A stretch of 64,000 bases of DNA, taken from NCBI GenBank assembly GCA_002919195.1, contig PKEU01000137.1, positions 1,602 to 65,601 of the forward strand, in the 5' to 3' direction. The position numbers and the translations under genes are program-made. The notes below the pieces were generated by a model that saw only the letters and a list, made by a program, of their open reading frames with translations, did not search any database and was not told the origin of the DNA. Below, piece by piece: positions 40,011 to 49,121 of the stretch. Positions within the stretch are counted from its first letter, which is position 1. Every line of letters begins with the position of its first letter. The DNA is from a bacterium (lineage in GTDB: Bacteria; Bacillota; Limnochordia; DTU080; RSA5).

Positions 40011-40907
40011 TTACCGAGCTGCCGGCTGGATCAACCCGTACCGCTCTAGTGTTTGTTGGATGCGCTCCTTTTCCGCTGGCGTCGGCTCCACCAGGGGGAG
40101 GCGGAACGGGCCCATGTCCATCCCCAAGAGGCTCATCGCCCACTTGACCGGTATCGGGTTGGTCGTCACAAACATCGCCTTAAAGACCGGCATCAGCTTT
40201 TGATGGAGCTCGGTCGCTTCGGCGGTCCTTCCTTCCTTGAAAGCCCGGATCATCGCTTTGATGTCGTCGCCCACCACGTGGCTCGCGACGCTCACCACGC
40301 CCACGGCGCCCAGGCTCAGCATGGGCAGGGTCAGGCTGTCCTCGCCGCTGTAGATGGCAAAGCTCTCGGGCGTCGAGCGGCGAAGCTGCGTCACTTGCTC
40401 CATGTCGCCCGCAGCCTCTTTGATCGCGACGACGTTGGGAAGAAGCGCCAAACGGGCCACGGTCTCGACCTCGAGATTGCGGCCGGTGCGGGACGGGACG
40501 TTGTAGAGCATCACGGGGAGGCGGGTCGCCTCGGCGATCGCGCGAAAATGCCGGTAGAGGCCTTCTTGCGGAGGCCGGTTGTAATAGGGCACCACCAGCA
40601 TGACGCCGTGGACCCCCACCCCCTCAGCCCGCCGGGTGAGCTCGATGCTTTCCCGGGTGTCGTAGGTGCCTGTCCCGGCGATCACCTTTGCCCGGTCCCC
40701 CACGGCTTGCATCACCGCTTCAAAGAGGCCCACCTTTTCGTCGGCGTCTAGGGTGGGCGACTCGCCCGTGGTGCCGCAGACCACCACCCCGTCGGAGCCG
40801 TGGTGGACCAGGTACTCGGCCAGCTTTGCCGCCTTGTCGAAATCGACTGCGCCGTCTTGGCGCATCGGCGTCACCATCGCGGTCAGCAGTTCTCCAAAGG
40901 GGGTCAT
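40011..40907 (-). CDS. dapA: 4-hydroxy-tetrahydrodipicolinate synthase
   Basis: GTTGESPTL, PYYN, LYNVPSRT, AIKEA, NPIPVK. Confidence 0.96.
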   Translation of the reverse strand: MTPFGELLTAMVTPMRQDGAVDFDKAAKLAEYLVHHGSDGVVVCGTTGESPTLDADEKVGLFEAVMQAVGDRAKVIAGTGTYDTRESIELTRRAEGVGVHGVMLVVPYYNRPPQEGLYRHFRAIAEATRLPVMLYNVPSRTGRNLEVETVARLALLPNVVAIKEAAGDMEQVTQLRRSTPESFAIYSGEDSLTLPMLSLGAVGVVSVASHVVGDDIKAMIRAFKEGRTAEATELHQKLMPVFKAMFVTTNPIPVKWAMSLLGMDMGPFRLPLVEPTPAEKERIQQTLERYGLIQPAAR

Positions 40908-40947
40908 CTCGATTCCCTCCTGAGCTTGGCAAGTCCGACTTCCCAAC

Positions 40948-42171
40948 TCATGATTTGCCCAACGCAAACTCCCGGTGCAGGGCCGAGACAGCTTTCGAAA
41001 CCTCTTCCTCCCGGATGAGACAAGAGATGTTCGCGTGAGAGTCAGTCGTCTGCAAAATCTCGATCCCGGCCTGGTGCAGGGCTCTTGCGATCTTCGCCAT
41101 CACACCTGGAACGCCGTGCATCCCGGCGCCGACTGCGGAGACTTTGGCCAAGCCACCCGTCACCGCGTGCGGCCAACCGAGTTTCTGCAAGACAGCTTTC
41201 ATGCGCCCTTCGAGGTTTCCTGCCACGATAAAGGCGATGCGGTCCGGCGAAACATAAATCATGTCCGCGCTGATGCCGGCCGCCGCCAGGGCCTCAAAGA
41301 GCTGCACGGCGGCGCTGGAGTCGCCTGCCGGCGGCGAAACCACCGCCTGGCAGCGATCGACAATGTGGGCGATACCCGTCACCGGCCGGTCTTCCGGCTC
41401 GGCTTCCATGGGGTCTAGGAGGGCGTCGTCGCACACCAAGGTCCCCGGCGCATCCGACGTCGTCTGCCGGATGCGGATGGGGATCTTCCCCTTCATCGCG
41501 ATCTCCACCGCCCGGGGATGGATGATCTTGGCCCCGACGTGGGCCAGCTCGGCCACCTCCCGGTACGTCGCCCGCTCGAGGGTGACGGCCTCGGGGAAAA
41601 GCCTGGGATCTGCGGTCTTAATGCCGTCGACGTCGGTGTACACTTCGAGCGCCTCAGCGCTTAACGCCACCGCGAGCGCCGCGGCGGACGTGTCGCTCCC
41701 GCCCCGGCCCAGGGTCGTCACTTCCCCGTCTTGAGAGATCCCCTGAAAGCCTGCGATCACCGGAATTTCGCCGGCGGCCAGCGCCTCCAAAACGCGGCGG
41801 GGCTCAACTCTCAAAATGCGCGCTTCACCAAACCGCCCGTCGGTGATCAGGCCGGCCTGCGCCCCCGTCAAGGCCCGCGCGACGTGGCCGCGCCTTGTCA
41901 GAAAGCGCGAGAGGACGACCGTCGCGATCACCTCGCCGCAGGAAAGCAACAAATCCACGTCGCGCCCGTTGGCGCTTTCCCCGGCTTCTTGCACCAGTTG
42001 CAGCAACGTATCCGTCGCGTAAGGGTCGCCGGCACGGCCCATGGCGCTGACAACCACCACAGGCCGCAGCCCTTCGCTGATCGCGCGCTCGATATGCCGG
42101 GCGACGCATGCCCTCAGCTCCTCCGTCGCCACGGAGGTGCCGCCAAACTTCTGGACGACGATGCGGTCCAT
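40948..42171 (-). CDS. dapG: Aspartokinase I
   Basis: VQKFGGTSV, VVSAMGR.GDPYATDTL, TLGRGGSD, ACT domains. Confidence 0.94.
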   Translation of the reverse strand: MDRIVVQKFGGTSVATEELRACVARHIERAISEGLRPVVVVSAMGRAGDPYATDTLLQLVQEAGESANGRDVDLLLSCGEVIATVVLSRFLTRRGHVARALTGAQAGLITDGRFGEARILRVEPRRVLEALAAGEIPVIAGFQGISQDGEVTTLGRGGSDTSAAALAVALSAEALEVYTDVDGIKTADPRLFPEAVTLERATYREVAELAHVGAKIIHPRAVEIAMKGKIPIRIRQTTSDAPGTLVCDDALLDPMEAEPEDRPVTGIAHIVDRCQAVVSPPAGDSSAAVQLFEALAAAGISADMIYVSPDRIAFIVAGNLEGRMKAVLQKLGWPHAVTGGLAKVSAVGAGMHGVPGVMAKIARALHQAGIEILQTTDSHANISCLIREEEVSKAVSALHREFALGKS

Positions 42172-42241
42172 CGTTCTCCCCTACCAGCCACAGTGTCATC
42201 GGACGCCCGGCCTTGGCGCGCCTTGAAGAAGGCAATCGCTC

Positions 42242-43276
42242 TTAGAGCCAGCCGTTGGCGCACGCGACCTCGGCGATCTGCAAGGCATTGAGGGCGGCGC
42301 CTTTGCGGATCTGGTCGCCCACCACCCAAAGGTTGAGCCCGTTTTCGATCGACGGATCCCGGCGAATGCGCCCGACGTAGACCGGATCTTTGCCGGTGGC
42401 CGTAATCGGCATCGGGTAGGCCATCGCTTGGGGATCGTCGATCACCTCCACGCCCTCGGCCTCGCTGAGGATCCTCCTCGCCTCTTCGACGGTGAGCGGC
42501 TTTTCGGTCTCGATGTTGATCGACTCCGAGTGGCTGCGCCAAACCGGCACCCGCACGGTGGTGGGCGAGACGGCAAGACCGGGCTCGTCCAGGATCTTGC
42601 GAGTCTCGTAAACCATCTTCCACTCTTCTTTGGTATAACCTAGCTCCTCAAACACATCGATTTGAGGAATGAGGTTAAAGGCGATGGGATAGTGCTTGTC
42701 GGCGGAGGCCACGGGCAGCACCTGGGCCGTTACCGGCTCGCCTTGGGCGTACGCCCGCACCTGTGCCTCCAGTTCGGCCATGGCTTTGGCCCCAGCGCCC
42801 GAGACCGATTGGTACGTCGAAACCACAATGCGCCTGATGCGGGCCGCCCGGTGGATCGGCGCCAAAGCGGTCACCATGATGGTGGTGGAGCAATTGGGAT
42901 TGGCGATGATCCCCTTGTGCGTCCGGATCGCGTCCCGGTTGACCTCGGGCACGACCAAAGGCACTTCGGGATCGAGGCGAAACGCGCTGCTGTTGTCGAT
43001 CACCACCGCGCCGGCAGCCACCGCCTTGGGCGCCCATTCCTTGCTGACGCCGCCTCCGGCGGCGAAAAAGGCGATGTCGATGCCGCGGAAGGAGTCTTCG
43101 CCCACGGCCTCAACCACCAGCTCCTCCCCGCGAAAGGGGACGCGTCGCCCCGCGCTTCTTGGCGACGCCAAGAGCCGGAGTTCGCCTACGGGAAAATCGC
43201 GCTCCTCCAAGAGTTGGATAAACTCCGTTCCTACGGCGCCTGAAGCTCCCAGGATCGCGACCTTGTACGTCTTCAC
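42242..43276 (-). CDS. asd: Aspartate-semialdehyde dehydrogenase
   Basis: GASGAVG, IANPNCST, YQSVSGAG, KGAALNA. Confidence 0.96.
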   Translation of the reverse strand: MKTYKVAILGASGAVGTEFIQLLEERDFPVGELRLLASPRSAGRRVPFRGEELVVEAVGEDSFRGIDIAFFAAGGGVSKEWAPKAVAAGAVVIDNSSAFRLDPEVPLVVPEVNRDAIRTHKGIIANPNCSTTIMVTALAPIHRAARIRRIVVSTYQSVSGAGAKAMAELEAQVRAYAQGEPVTAQVLPVASADKHYPIAFNLIPQIDVFEELGYTKEEWKMVYETRKILDEPGLAVSPTTVRVPVWRSHSESINIETEKPLTVEEARRILSEAEGVEVIDDPQAMAYPMPITATGKDPVYVGRIRRDPSIENGLNLWVVGDQIRKGAALNALQIAEVACANGWL

Positions 43277-43311
43277 CAGACCTGACCCCTCTCGTCCTCG
43301 CGTGCGGAAGA

Positions 43312-43914
43312 CTATCTCACCGCCCTCTTGGCCCGCTCGATGAGCACCGGCTGCAGCTGGCGCCCTTGGAGGGCCGCAACCACGGTGTCGGCGATGCGAT
43401 CAAAATCCGCGACGCAAGAGTTTGGTTTCTCTTCAGGATTGTCCTGGCCAAACGGCACAAAATAGACGTTGCGCGTGTTGAGCAAGATCCCGATGTTTTT
43501 CGCGTTGTTTCCCAGCGCGTCGTTGGTCGAGATGGCGATGACGACGGGCCTGAGGTTGCGCAATGTGCCTTTGGCGGCCATCAGCACCGGCGTGTCGGTG
43601 AAGGCGTTGGCCAGCTTTGCCAACGTGTTTCCGGTGCACGGCGCGATGACAAAGCAATCAAAGCTCTTCTTCTGCCCCGTCGGCTCGGCCTCCACGATGC
43701 TCGTGATCGGTTTGTGGCCCGTGAGCTCTTGGAGCCGCCGAGCGAGGTTTTCCGGCGTGCCGAAACGGGTCGTCGTCGTCACCGCAGCGTGCGACAGCAC
43801 GGGCACCACCGACGCGCCTTCCTCCAACACAGCCTGGACCTGGGGCAGCACCTCTTCATAGCTGCAGTGCGATCCGCACACTCCCCATCCGATCGACTTT
43901 CCTCTCAGCCGCAT
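43312..43914 (-). CDS. spoVFB: Dipicolinate synthase subunit B
   Basis: GSHC, TTRFG, APCTGNTLAKLA, ISTNDAL, YFVPFGQD. Confidence 0.95.
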   Translation of the reverse strand: MRLRGKSIGWGVCGSHCSYEEVLPQVQAVLEEGASVVPVLSHAAVTTTTRFGTPENLARRLQELTGHKPITSIVEAEPTGQKKSFDCFVIAPCTGNTLAKLANAFTDTPVLMAAKGTLRNLRPVVIAISTNDALGNNAKNIGILLNTRNVYFVPFGQDNPEEKPNSCVADFDRIADTVVAALQGRQLQPVLIERAKRAVR

Positions 43915-43969
43915 CTTTGCTCGCACCCCTCGCGTCCTCTTTGATGAGGTACATGGGATGCGCCGCCCG

Positions 43970-44869
43970 TTACATGCGCGCCCTCATGAGGTCGTCGAGG
44001 ATGAGCCCGGGAATCACCCTGGCCAAGATCTCTCCGGCCGTTTCCGGCGCCACCTTTCCCGGAAGGCCCAGGTCGAGAAAGGCCTTGATGCCAAGCTCAT
44101 CGGCTGCCGCGAAATCGGTGCCGCCCGGCGCTTGGGCGATGTCGATGACCACGGCGTCTTTGCGCATCGCCGCGAGCACTTCCCGGGTGAGGAGCAGCGC
44201 GGGCGCCGTGTTAAAGACCGCCCTGGCATCGCCGACGGCTTGCTTGAGCCGCTCGACGGGCTCCGCACTGAGCCCCATCTCGTATGCGCGGGCCCGCTGC
44301 GCCGCCCCCCGGGCGACGACTCGCACCCTGGCGCCGATCCCTGCCAGCATCCGGGCCAGTGTCATCCCGCAGCGACCAAAGCCGACCACCACCACGGGAC
44401 TGCCGTGCAGCGTTACGGGGAGCTCTTGCATCGCCCGCTGAATGGCTCCCTCCGCGGTGGGGATGGAGTTGAGGATGGCGAGTTCGTCGAGCTCGGCGGT
44501 CTGGACCAGCCTGACCTTAAAGCGGGTGGCAAGCCTCGCGATCATGGGCTTGGCGACACCGATGTAGAGCGTCTTTCCAGGACCCATGGCCCGAAAGGCG
44601 GCCTCGTCCAAGACCAGCCGGGCCGACGGGTCAAGCCGCGCCCGGATCTCGCCCCGCTCGTCGGTGTTGCTCATGGGAGCGATGACGGCGTCGGCGTCCC
44701 GCACGGCCTCGACGACCCCCTCGACTCTCCGGGCCCGCGCGATCTGGGGGAGAGGCGGGTATCCTGCCACCGTCACCTCGGCGCCCCGTTCGATCAGGGC
44801 GCTGACCAGAATCAGTTCCCGTTGGTCGCCACCTAGCACCGCAACGCGGATCCCGCCGAGGTCGGACAA
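43970..44869 (-). CDS. spoVFA: Dipicolinate synthase subunit A
   Basis: GGDQRE, NSIPTAEG, GFGRCG, PGGTDF, GLPGKVAP. Confidence 0.95.
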   Translation of the reverse strand: MSDLGGIRVAVLGGDQRELILVSALIERGAEVTVAGYPPLPQIARARRVEGVVEAVRDADAVIAPMSNTDERGEIRARLDPSARLVLDEAAFRAMGPGKTLYIGVAKPMIARLATRFKVRLVQTAELDELAILNSIPTAEGAIQRAMQELPVTLHGSPVVVVGFGRCGMTLARMLAGIGARVRVVARGAAQRARAYEMGLSAEPVERLKQAVGDARAVFNTAPALLLTREVLAAMRKDAVVIDIAQAPGGTDFAAADELGIKAFLDLGLPGKVAPETAGEILARVIPGLILDDLMRARM

Positions 44870-44918
44870 TCACGGCGCCTCCTTGAAGCCAACAGGGTCG
44901 CATGCCCATGTACGCCAC

Positions 44919-44947
44919 TACTGTATGAGCCGGGTGCGACCCTGGTG
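44919..44947 (-). promoter_or_regulatory. sigmaK promoter of spoVFAB
   Basis: CACC-N16-CATACAGTA; spoVF is sigmaK-dependent in B. subtilis. Confidence 0.75.
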
Positions 44948-44965
44948 AGTTGTGCCCCGCGGCGC

Positions 44966-45769
44966 TCACGCATCAAAGAGAAGGCGTTCCAACCCGTACA
45001 CCAGGCCCGTGACTTCCCGCACCTTGCGGATCGCGAGCAGCACCCCCGGCATAAACGAGCTCCGATCCAGCGAGTCATGGCGGATGGTGAGCGTCTGCCC
45101 CACGTGGCCCAGGATCACCTCTTGGTGGGCGACCAGCCCCGGCAACCGCACGCTGTGGATGCGGATGCCGCGGTGCTCGCCCCCGCGGGAGCCGCTTATG
45201 ACCTCCATCTCGCCGGGAATCTCGAGCTTTTTCTCTCCCCGGGCCTCCCAGATCATCTCGGCGGTCTTGATGGCCGTCCCCGAGGGGGCGTCCTTCTTTT
45301 GATCGTGGTGCAGCTCGATGATCTCCACGTGCTCCATAAAGCGGGCCGCCTCGGCGGCAAACCGCATCATCAAGACCGCGCCGATCGCGAAATTGGGCGC
45401 GTGGATCACCCCAAGATCCTTGGCCCTCGCCACCCGGTCGATCTCCGAAAGCTCGCTCTCGCCCAGCCCCGTCGTGCCAAAAACGACCCTCTTGCCTGCT
45501 TCGAGGGCCTCCATCACGTTGCCAAAGGCCGCGGCGGGCGTCGTAAAGTCGACGACGCAGTCGGCGTCCGCTTTGGTCAACGCCTCTTTGACGGAGCTGG
45601 CGACCGGAACGCCTAGCTCCCCGAGGCCCGCGAGGATTCCGGCATCGCCGCCGGCATGTTGGGGATCGGCCGCGCCGGCAAGCTCCATGTCCTCGGCGCC
45701 GCAAACCGCCCGCACGACCTCCCGGCCCATCTTGCCGCCGGCGCCGCTTACGATGACGCGGATCTTCAA
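44966..45769 (-). CDS. dapB: 4-hydroxy-tetrahydrodipicolinate reductase
   Basis: GAGGKMG, DFTTP, GTTG, ELHHDQKKDAPSGTA; GAGGAGG SD before TTG at 45769. Confidence 0.96.
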   Translation of the reverse strand: MKIRVIVSGAGGKMGREVVRAVCGAEDMELAGAADPQHAGGDAGILAGLGELGVPVASSVKEALTKADADCVVDFTTPAAAFGNVMEALEAGKRVVFGTTGLGESELSEIDRVARAKDLGVIHAPNFAIGAVLMMRFAAEAARFMEHVEIIELHHDQKKDAPSGTAIKTAEMIWEARGEKKLEIPGEMEVISGSRGGEHRGIRIHSVRLPGLVAHQEVILGHVGQTLTIRHDSLDRSSFMPGVLLAIRKVREVTGLVYGLERLLFDA

Positions 45770-45803
45770 GCCGATCGCCTCCTCAAAAAGCCGCTTCTTG
45801 TGC

Positions 45804-45836
45804 AAAAAGAAACGGTTGGCTGTCGAAAGCCAACCG
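45804..45836 (-). terminator. Riboswitch expression-platform terminator
   Basis: CGGTTGGCT-TTCGAC-AGCCAACCG followed by TTTCTTTTT. Confidence 0.85.
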
Positions 45837-45879
45837 CACGCGCCACTGCCCAGGCAGTGGTCTCTGCCACATATGAGCA

Positions 45880-46062
45880 GGCATAGCGCTCCGCCGTGAC
45901 CTGTGCCAATGGGCATCGGCGGCAGTCCGGAGGCTTTTCGCCCCCGGCCCAGCTTGTCCCGGTGGGCGGCGGGACAAACTTCGGCGGGATCCCCTTTCCC
46001 TCTCGGTCATCGGCTGCCCTGCCTACCCGTGAGGTACTCTTGTCACCCGCGCCTCTATGGCC
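45880..46062 (-). ncRNA. Lysine riboswitch (L-box)
   Basis: ATAGAGGCGCG...AAGAGTA...GATGA...GAAAGGGG...CGCCGAAG...CTGGGCC...GGACTGCC...GGAGCGCTAT conserved blocks, upstream of dapB and followed by a terminator. Confidence 0.93.
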
Positions 46063-46077
46063 CTCGCAGTCTCTCTT

Positions 46078-46106
46078 ATTCTCGCCCATCAGGAAGGGCT
46101 TGTCAA
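46078..46106 (-). promoter_or_regulatory. sigmaA promoter of the riboswitch-dapB transcript
   Basis: TTGACA-N17-GAGAAT just upstream of the aptamer. Confidence 0.7.
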
Positions 46107-46183
46107 TAGCCCGGCCTTAAGGGCGCGCCTGGAGGGAGGGGCTTTGCCGCTCCCTCCATGAGCCGGAGATGATCGTGCCGGAG

Positions 46184-46684
46184 CTACTGGTAAATTTTCA
46201 CCTGATCGGCGCCAAATTCCCGCAGGATGTCTTCCGCGGTCTCGGCCCTGGTCCCGTCGGCGTCGACGACGGCCAAGACTTTCCCCTGCTTCACGTCCTC
46301 CTCGTAGGCCTTCCCTTCTTCTTCGGGAATGCCCATGTCGAGGAGGCCTCCGGCCACTCCGCCGGCGACAGCTCCGGTGAGGGCCGCAGCCAAGGGGCCC
46401 GCGGCGACGATGGGGCCAATGCCGGGAATCGCCAGCGCGCCGACGCCCGCCAAAAGGCCGGTCACGCCGCCAAGGGTGCCGCCCCAGGCCGCGCCGTCGC
46501 TGGCTTCACCCATGCCCATTCCCTGATCTTCCGCCGCCTCCATCTCCGTGCCCTGTCCTTGGCCTTCGCGCCGTTCGTCTTTGGCTGCGATACTGATCTC
46601 CTTCTCAAAGCCCTGGTCCCTCAGGGCCTTGACCGCCTTTTCAGCGTTTTTCCGGTCCGAAAAGACGCCTACGATTTTCGCCAA
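46184..46684 (-). CDS. General-stress/YflT-like glycine-zipper protein
   Basis: GVF...A..AV.AL...GF....IS, GALAIPGIGPIVAAGPL, GLLDMGIPEEE. Confidence 0.8.
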   Translation of the reverse strand: MAKIVGVFSDRKNAEKAVKALRDQGFEKEISIAAKDERREGQGQGTEMEAAEDQGMGMGEASDGAAWGGTLGGVTGLLAGVGALAIPGIGPIVAAGPLAAALTGAVAGGVAGGLLDMGIPEEEGKAYEEDVKQGKVLAVVDADGTRAETAEDILREFGADQVKIYQ

Positions 46685-46741
46685 GAGTACCCTCTCCCCT
46701 CCGTGATACTGGGACCACGCCCCCGGTCACCGGGTCACGTG

Positions 46742-46771
46742 TAGTCTGGCCTTGGCGCGCCGGGGCTATTC
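46742..46771 (-). promoter_or_regulatory. sigmaG/sigmaF-like forespore promoter
   Basis: GAATA-N15-GGCCAGACTA. Confidence 0.6.
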
Positions 46772-47029
46772 GGCATCCCAGTATCCTCTCCCGGAGGGGC
46801 CGGTTTTTCCTAAGGAGACGATGATGAGGTCGACACCGATCTTTTTGATGCCGGCCCAGGGGATGACAAGCTCCCGCCGGCCCCAAAACCGCCCGCGCGT
46901 GGGGATGATCATGGAGTGTACCCGGCCCCGTTCGCAGTCGATCACGAGGTCGGTCTCGTTGATCACGCCCACCCGCGCGCCCTCGTCGATGTCGATGATT
47001 TCTTTGCCTGCAAGGTCACTATATCGCAC
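46766..47029 (-). CDS. YlmC/YmxH PRC-barrel sporulation protein
   Basis: SDLAGKEIIDI..G...G, IPWAGIKKIGVDLIIV. Confidence 0.92.
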   Translation of the reverse strand: MRYSDLAGKEIIDIDEGARVGVINETDLVIDCERGRVHSMIIPTRGRFWGRRELVIPWAGIKKIGVDLIIVSLGKTGPSGRGYWDAE

Positions 47030-47046
47030 CGGCGCCCACCCGTTAG

Positions 47047-47075
47047 GGTATATGCGCGCGCGGGACCGATCATGA
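47047..47075 (-). promoter_or_regulatory. sigmaE-like promoter
   Basis: TCATGAT-N14-CATATACC. Confidence 0.6.
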
Positions 47076-47098
47076 CAGCAGCTGGATCGACGATCGCC

Positions 47099-47554
47099 CT
47101 AGATCCCCGTGTGGCCGAATCCCCCAGCGCCGCGGCCTGTCGGCTCCAGTTCTTCGACGACCATCAAGTCGGCCACGTACACAGGCAAAAAGACCATCTG
47201 AGCGATGCGGTCGCCCGGGCGGATCTCAAAGGGCTCCGATCCGCCGTTGACCACGGCGCAGAGGATCTCGCCCGTGTAGTCGCTGTCGATGACGCCGACG
47301 CCGTTGGCAAGGTGGATCCCCGCCCTCGCGGCCAGGCCGCTGCGGGCAAAGAGAAAAGCCCCCACGTGGGGGCCCGGAAGCTGGATGGCGATCCCCGTGG
47401 GGATCAAAGCTCTCTCACCGGGCAAAAGCGTCCGCGGCTCCTCGATGCACGCGGCCAGATCCAGCCCGGCGGCCCCCTCGGTCGCGTACCTGGGCAGGGG
47501 GACCGTCCGGCCGATCAGCGGCGATACCGGCTTCACTTTCACCTCGATCTTCAC
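47099..47554 (-). CDS. dut: dUTP diphosphatase (trimeric)
   Basis: AAGLDL, RSGLA, GVIDSDYTGE, DRIAQ, RGAGGFGHTG; AGAAAGGA SD (GTG at 47554 or ATG at 47563). Confidence 0.95.
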   Translation of the reverse strand: MKIEVKVKPVSPLIGRTVPLPRYATEGAAGLDLAACIEEPRTLLPGERALIPTGIAIQLPGPHVGAFLFARSGLAARAGIHLANGVGVIDSDYTGEILCAVVNGGSEPFEIRPGDRIAQMVFLPVYVADLMVVEELEPTGRGAGGFGHTGI

Positions 47555-48827
47555 ATCGTCCATCCTTTCTAACGCGCATCTCGTCCAGCGCCCGATGAAG
47601 CTCGTCCTCTCGCAGCGGGCCGACAGCCGCGACGACGAGGTCGCCGCCGAAAAGCTCCCGCAACACCCGGTGGACGTCGTCAAGGCTCACCCTGTCGATG
47701 GTCTCGATGAGCTGGTCGGGCGTGAGGAGTTCCTCATCAAAAAGCTCGGCTTGAGCGATCCGGCTCATCCGGTTGGCCGTGTTTTCGAGCCCCAGCATGA
47801 GGCTCCCTTTCAGCTGCTCCTTGGCCCGCTGCAACTCCGCGGGTTCGAGTCCGTCCCGCACCACCCGGTCGAGGCCGTCGCGGATGAGGTGGAGGACTTC
47901 CAACAGGTTGGCCGGGCTCACGCCAGCATAAATGGTAAACAGGCCCGTCTCCTGGAAACTCGCGTGATAGGAGTAGGTGGAGTAGACGAGCCCCCGCTCC
48001 TCCCGCAGCTCCTGGAAAAACCGGGAGCTCATGCCGCCTCCCAAGGCGACGTCGATGACGTGCACAGCGTAGCGGTCCGCGTGGTTGCGAGGGAAAGAGC
48101 GGGCGCCGACGCAAAGGTGCACCTGCTCCGTCTCTTTCGGCTGTATCCTGAGCGGGAAGGCCTTATTCGGCGGGATCGCTCGGTCGTTGCCGCTGCCCCT
48201 TGGCAAACCTCCAAACCAGCGTTGCACCATCTCGACGATCTCGTCGTGAACGAGGCGTCCCGCCGCCGCGACCACCAGGTTTTCCCCTACGTACCGTTGA
48301 TCGATGTACGCGAGCACGTCCTCCCGCCGGATGGCCTTGACCGTCTCCTCGTGCCCCAGCACGCTCTGGCCCAGCGGATGGCCGGCAAAAGCCGCTTCGG
48401 CAAACAGATCGTGTACGATCTCGTCGGGGGAGTCCTCGTACATCTTGATCTCTTCGAGGATCACCCCTTTTTCTTTTTCCATCTCCCCGGGCGCAAAGAC
48501 GGAGTTGAGCAGCATGTCCGCGAGGATCTCGATGGCAAGGTCCACATGCTCGTCGAGGACCCGCGCGTAGTAACAGGTGTGTTCCTTGCTGGTGTACGCG
48601 TTCATCTGCCCGCCCGCCGCGTCGATCTCTTCGGCGATCTGCTTGGCGGTGCGGTTTTTGGTCCCCTTAAACATCAAATGCTCGATCAGATGCGAGATCC
48701 CGTTCTTTTCAGGCGTTTCGTCGCGAGAGCCCGCCCGATACCAAAAGCCGATCGCTGCCGACCGGACGTGGGGGATCGTCTCCGTGACGATCCTGATTCC
48801 GTTGGGAAGTACGGTGCGTTGATACAA
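47415..48827 (-). CDS. M16B zinc peptidase (MlpA/YmxG-like)
   Basis: HLIEH inverted zinc motif, NAYTSKE, SSRFFQELREERGLVY. Confidence 0.93.
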   Translation of the reverse strand: MYQRTVLPNGIRIVTETIPHVRSAAIGFWYRAGSRDETPEKNGISHLIEHLMFKGTKNRTAKQIAEEIDAAGGQMNAYTSKEHTCYYARVLDEHVDLAIEILADMLLNSVFAPGEMEKEKGVILEEIKMYEDSPDEIVHDLFAEAAFAGHPLGQSVLGHEETVKAIRREDVLAYIDQRYVGENLVVAAAGRLVHDEIVEMVQRWFGGLPRGSGNDRAIPPNKAFPLRIQPKETEQVHLCVGARSFPRNHADRYAVHVIDVALGGGMSSRFFQELREERGLVYSTYSYHASFQETGLFTIYAGVSPANLLEVLHLIRDGLDRVVRDGLEPAELQRAKEQLKGSLMLGLENTANRMSRIAQAELFDEELLTPDQLIETIDRVSLDDVHRVLRELFGGDLVVAAVGPLREDELHRALDEMRVRKDGRCEDRGESEAGIAADRPDGPPAQVRDRGGRRAGSGRVHRGAADAFAR

Positions 48828-49121
48828 ACGAAAAAACCTCCGGCAGACGAGGAATTTTGACTGGGAAAACCGGCCGAGAGGGCCGCGCCCCTTTCACCGT
48901 CGTCGACACAATATAGGAAATCCAAAGGACGCCGGTGCAGGAACGAGTTGGCTCCTCTTCCTTTCTCCTGTTCTACCAGCGGTTTTTGCCTAAAGGATGG
49001 CCCCTTCACCTGTAGAAGCCAACGGTGTCGCCGCTGGACTCGGCGGGCGACGAGGCATTGCGCTACGATTGCGGCCCGAGACACCCACCGGGAACCCATC
49101 CCCCGCGGAGGAGGCAGAAGC

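Noticed and set aside
47289-48860. Long antisense or alternate-frame ORFs (also 48990..50378, 31082..32221, 21120..22319, 12356..13576)
   Set aside because: Shadow ORFs expected from high-GC codon bias over real genes; no family motifs or SD sequences.
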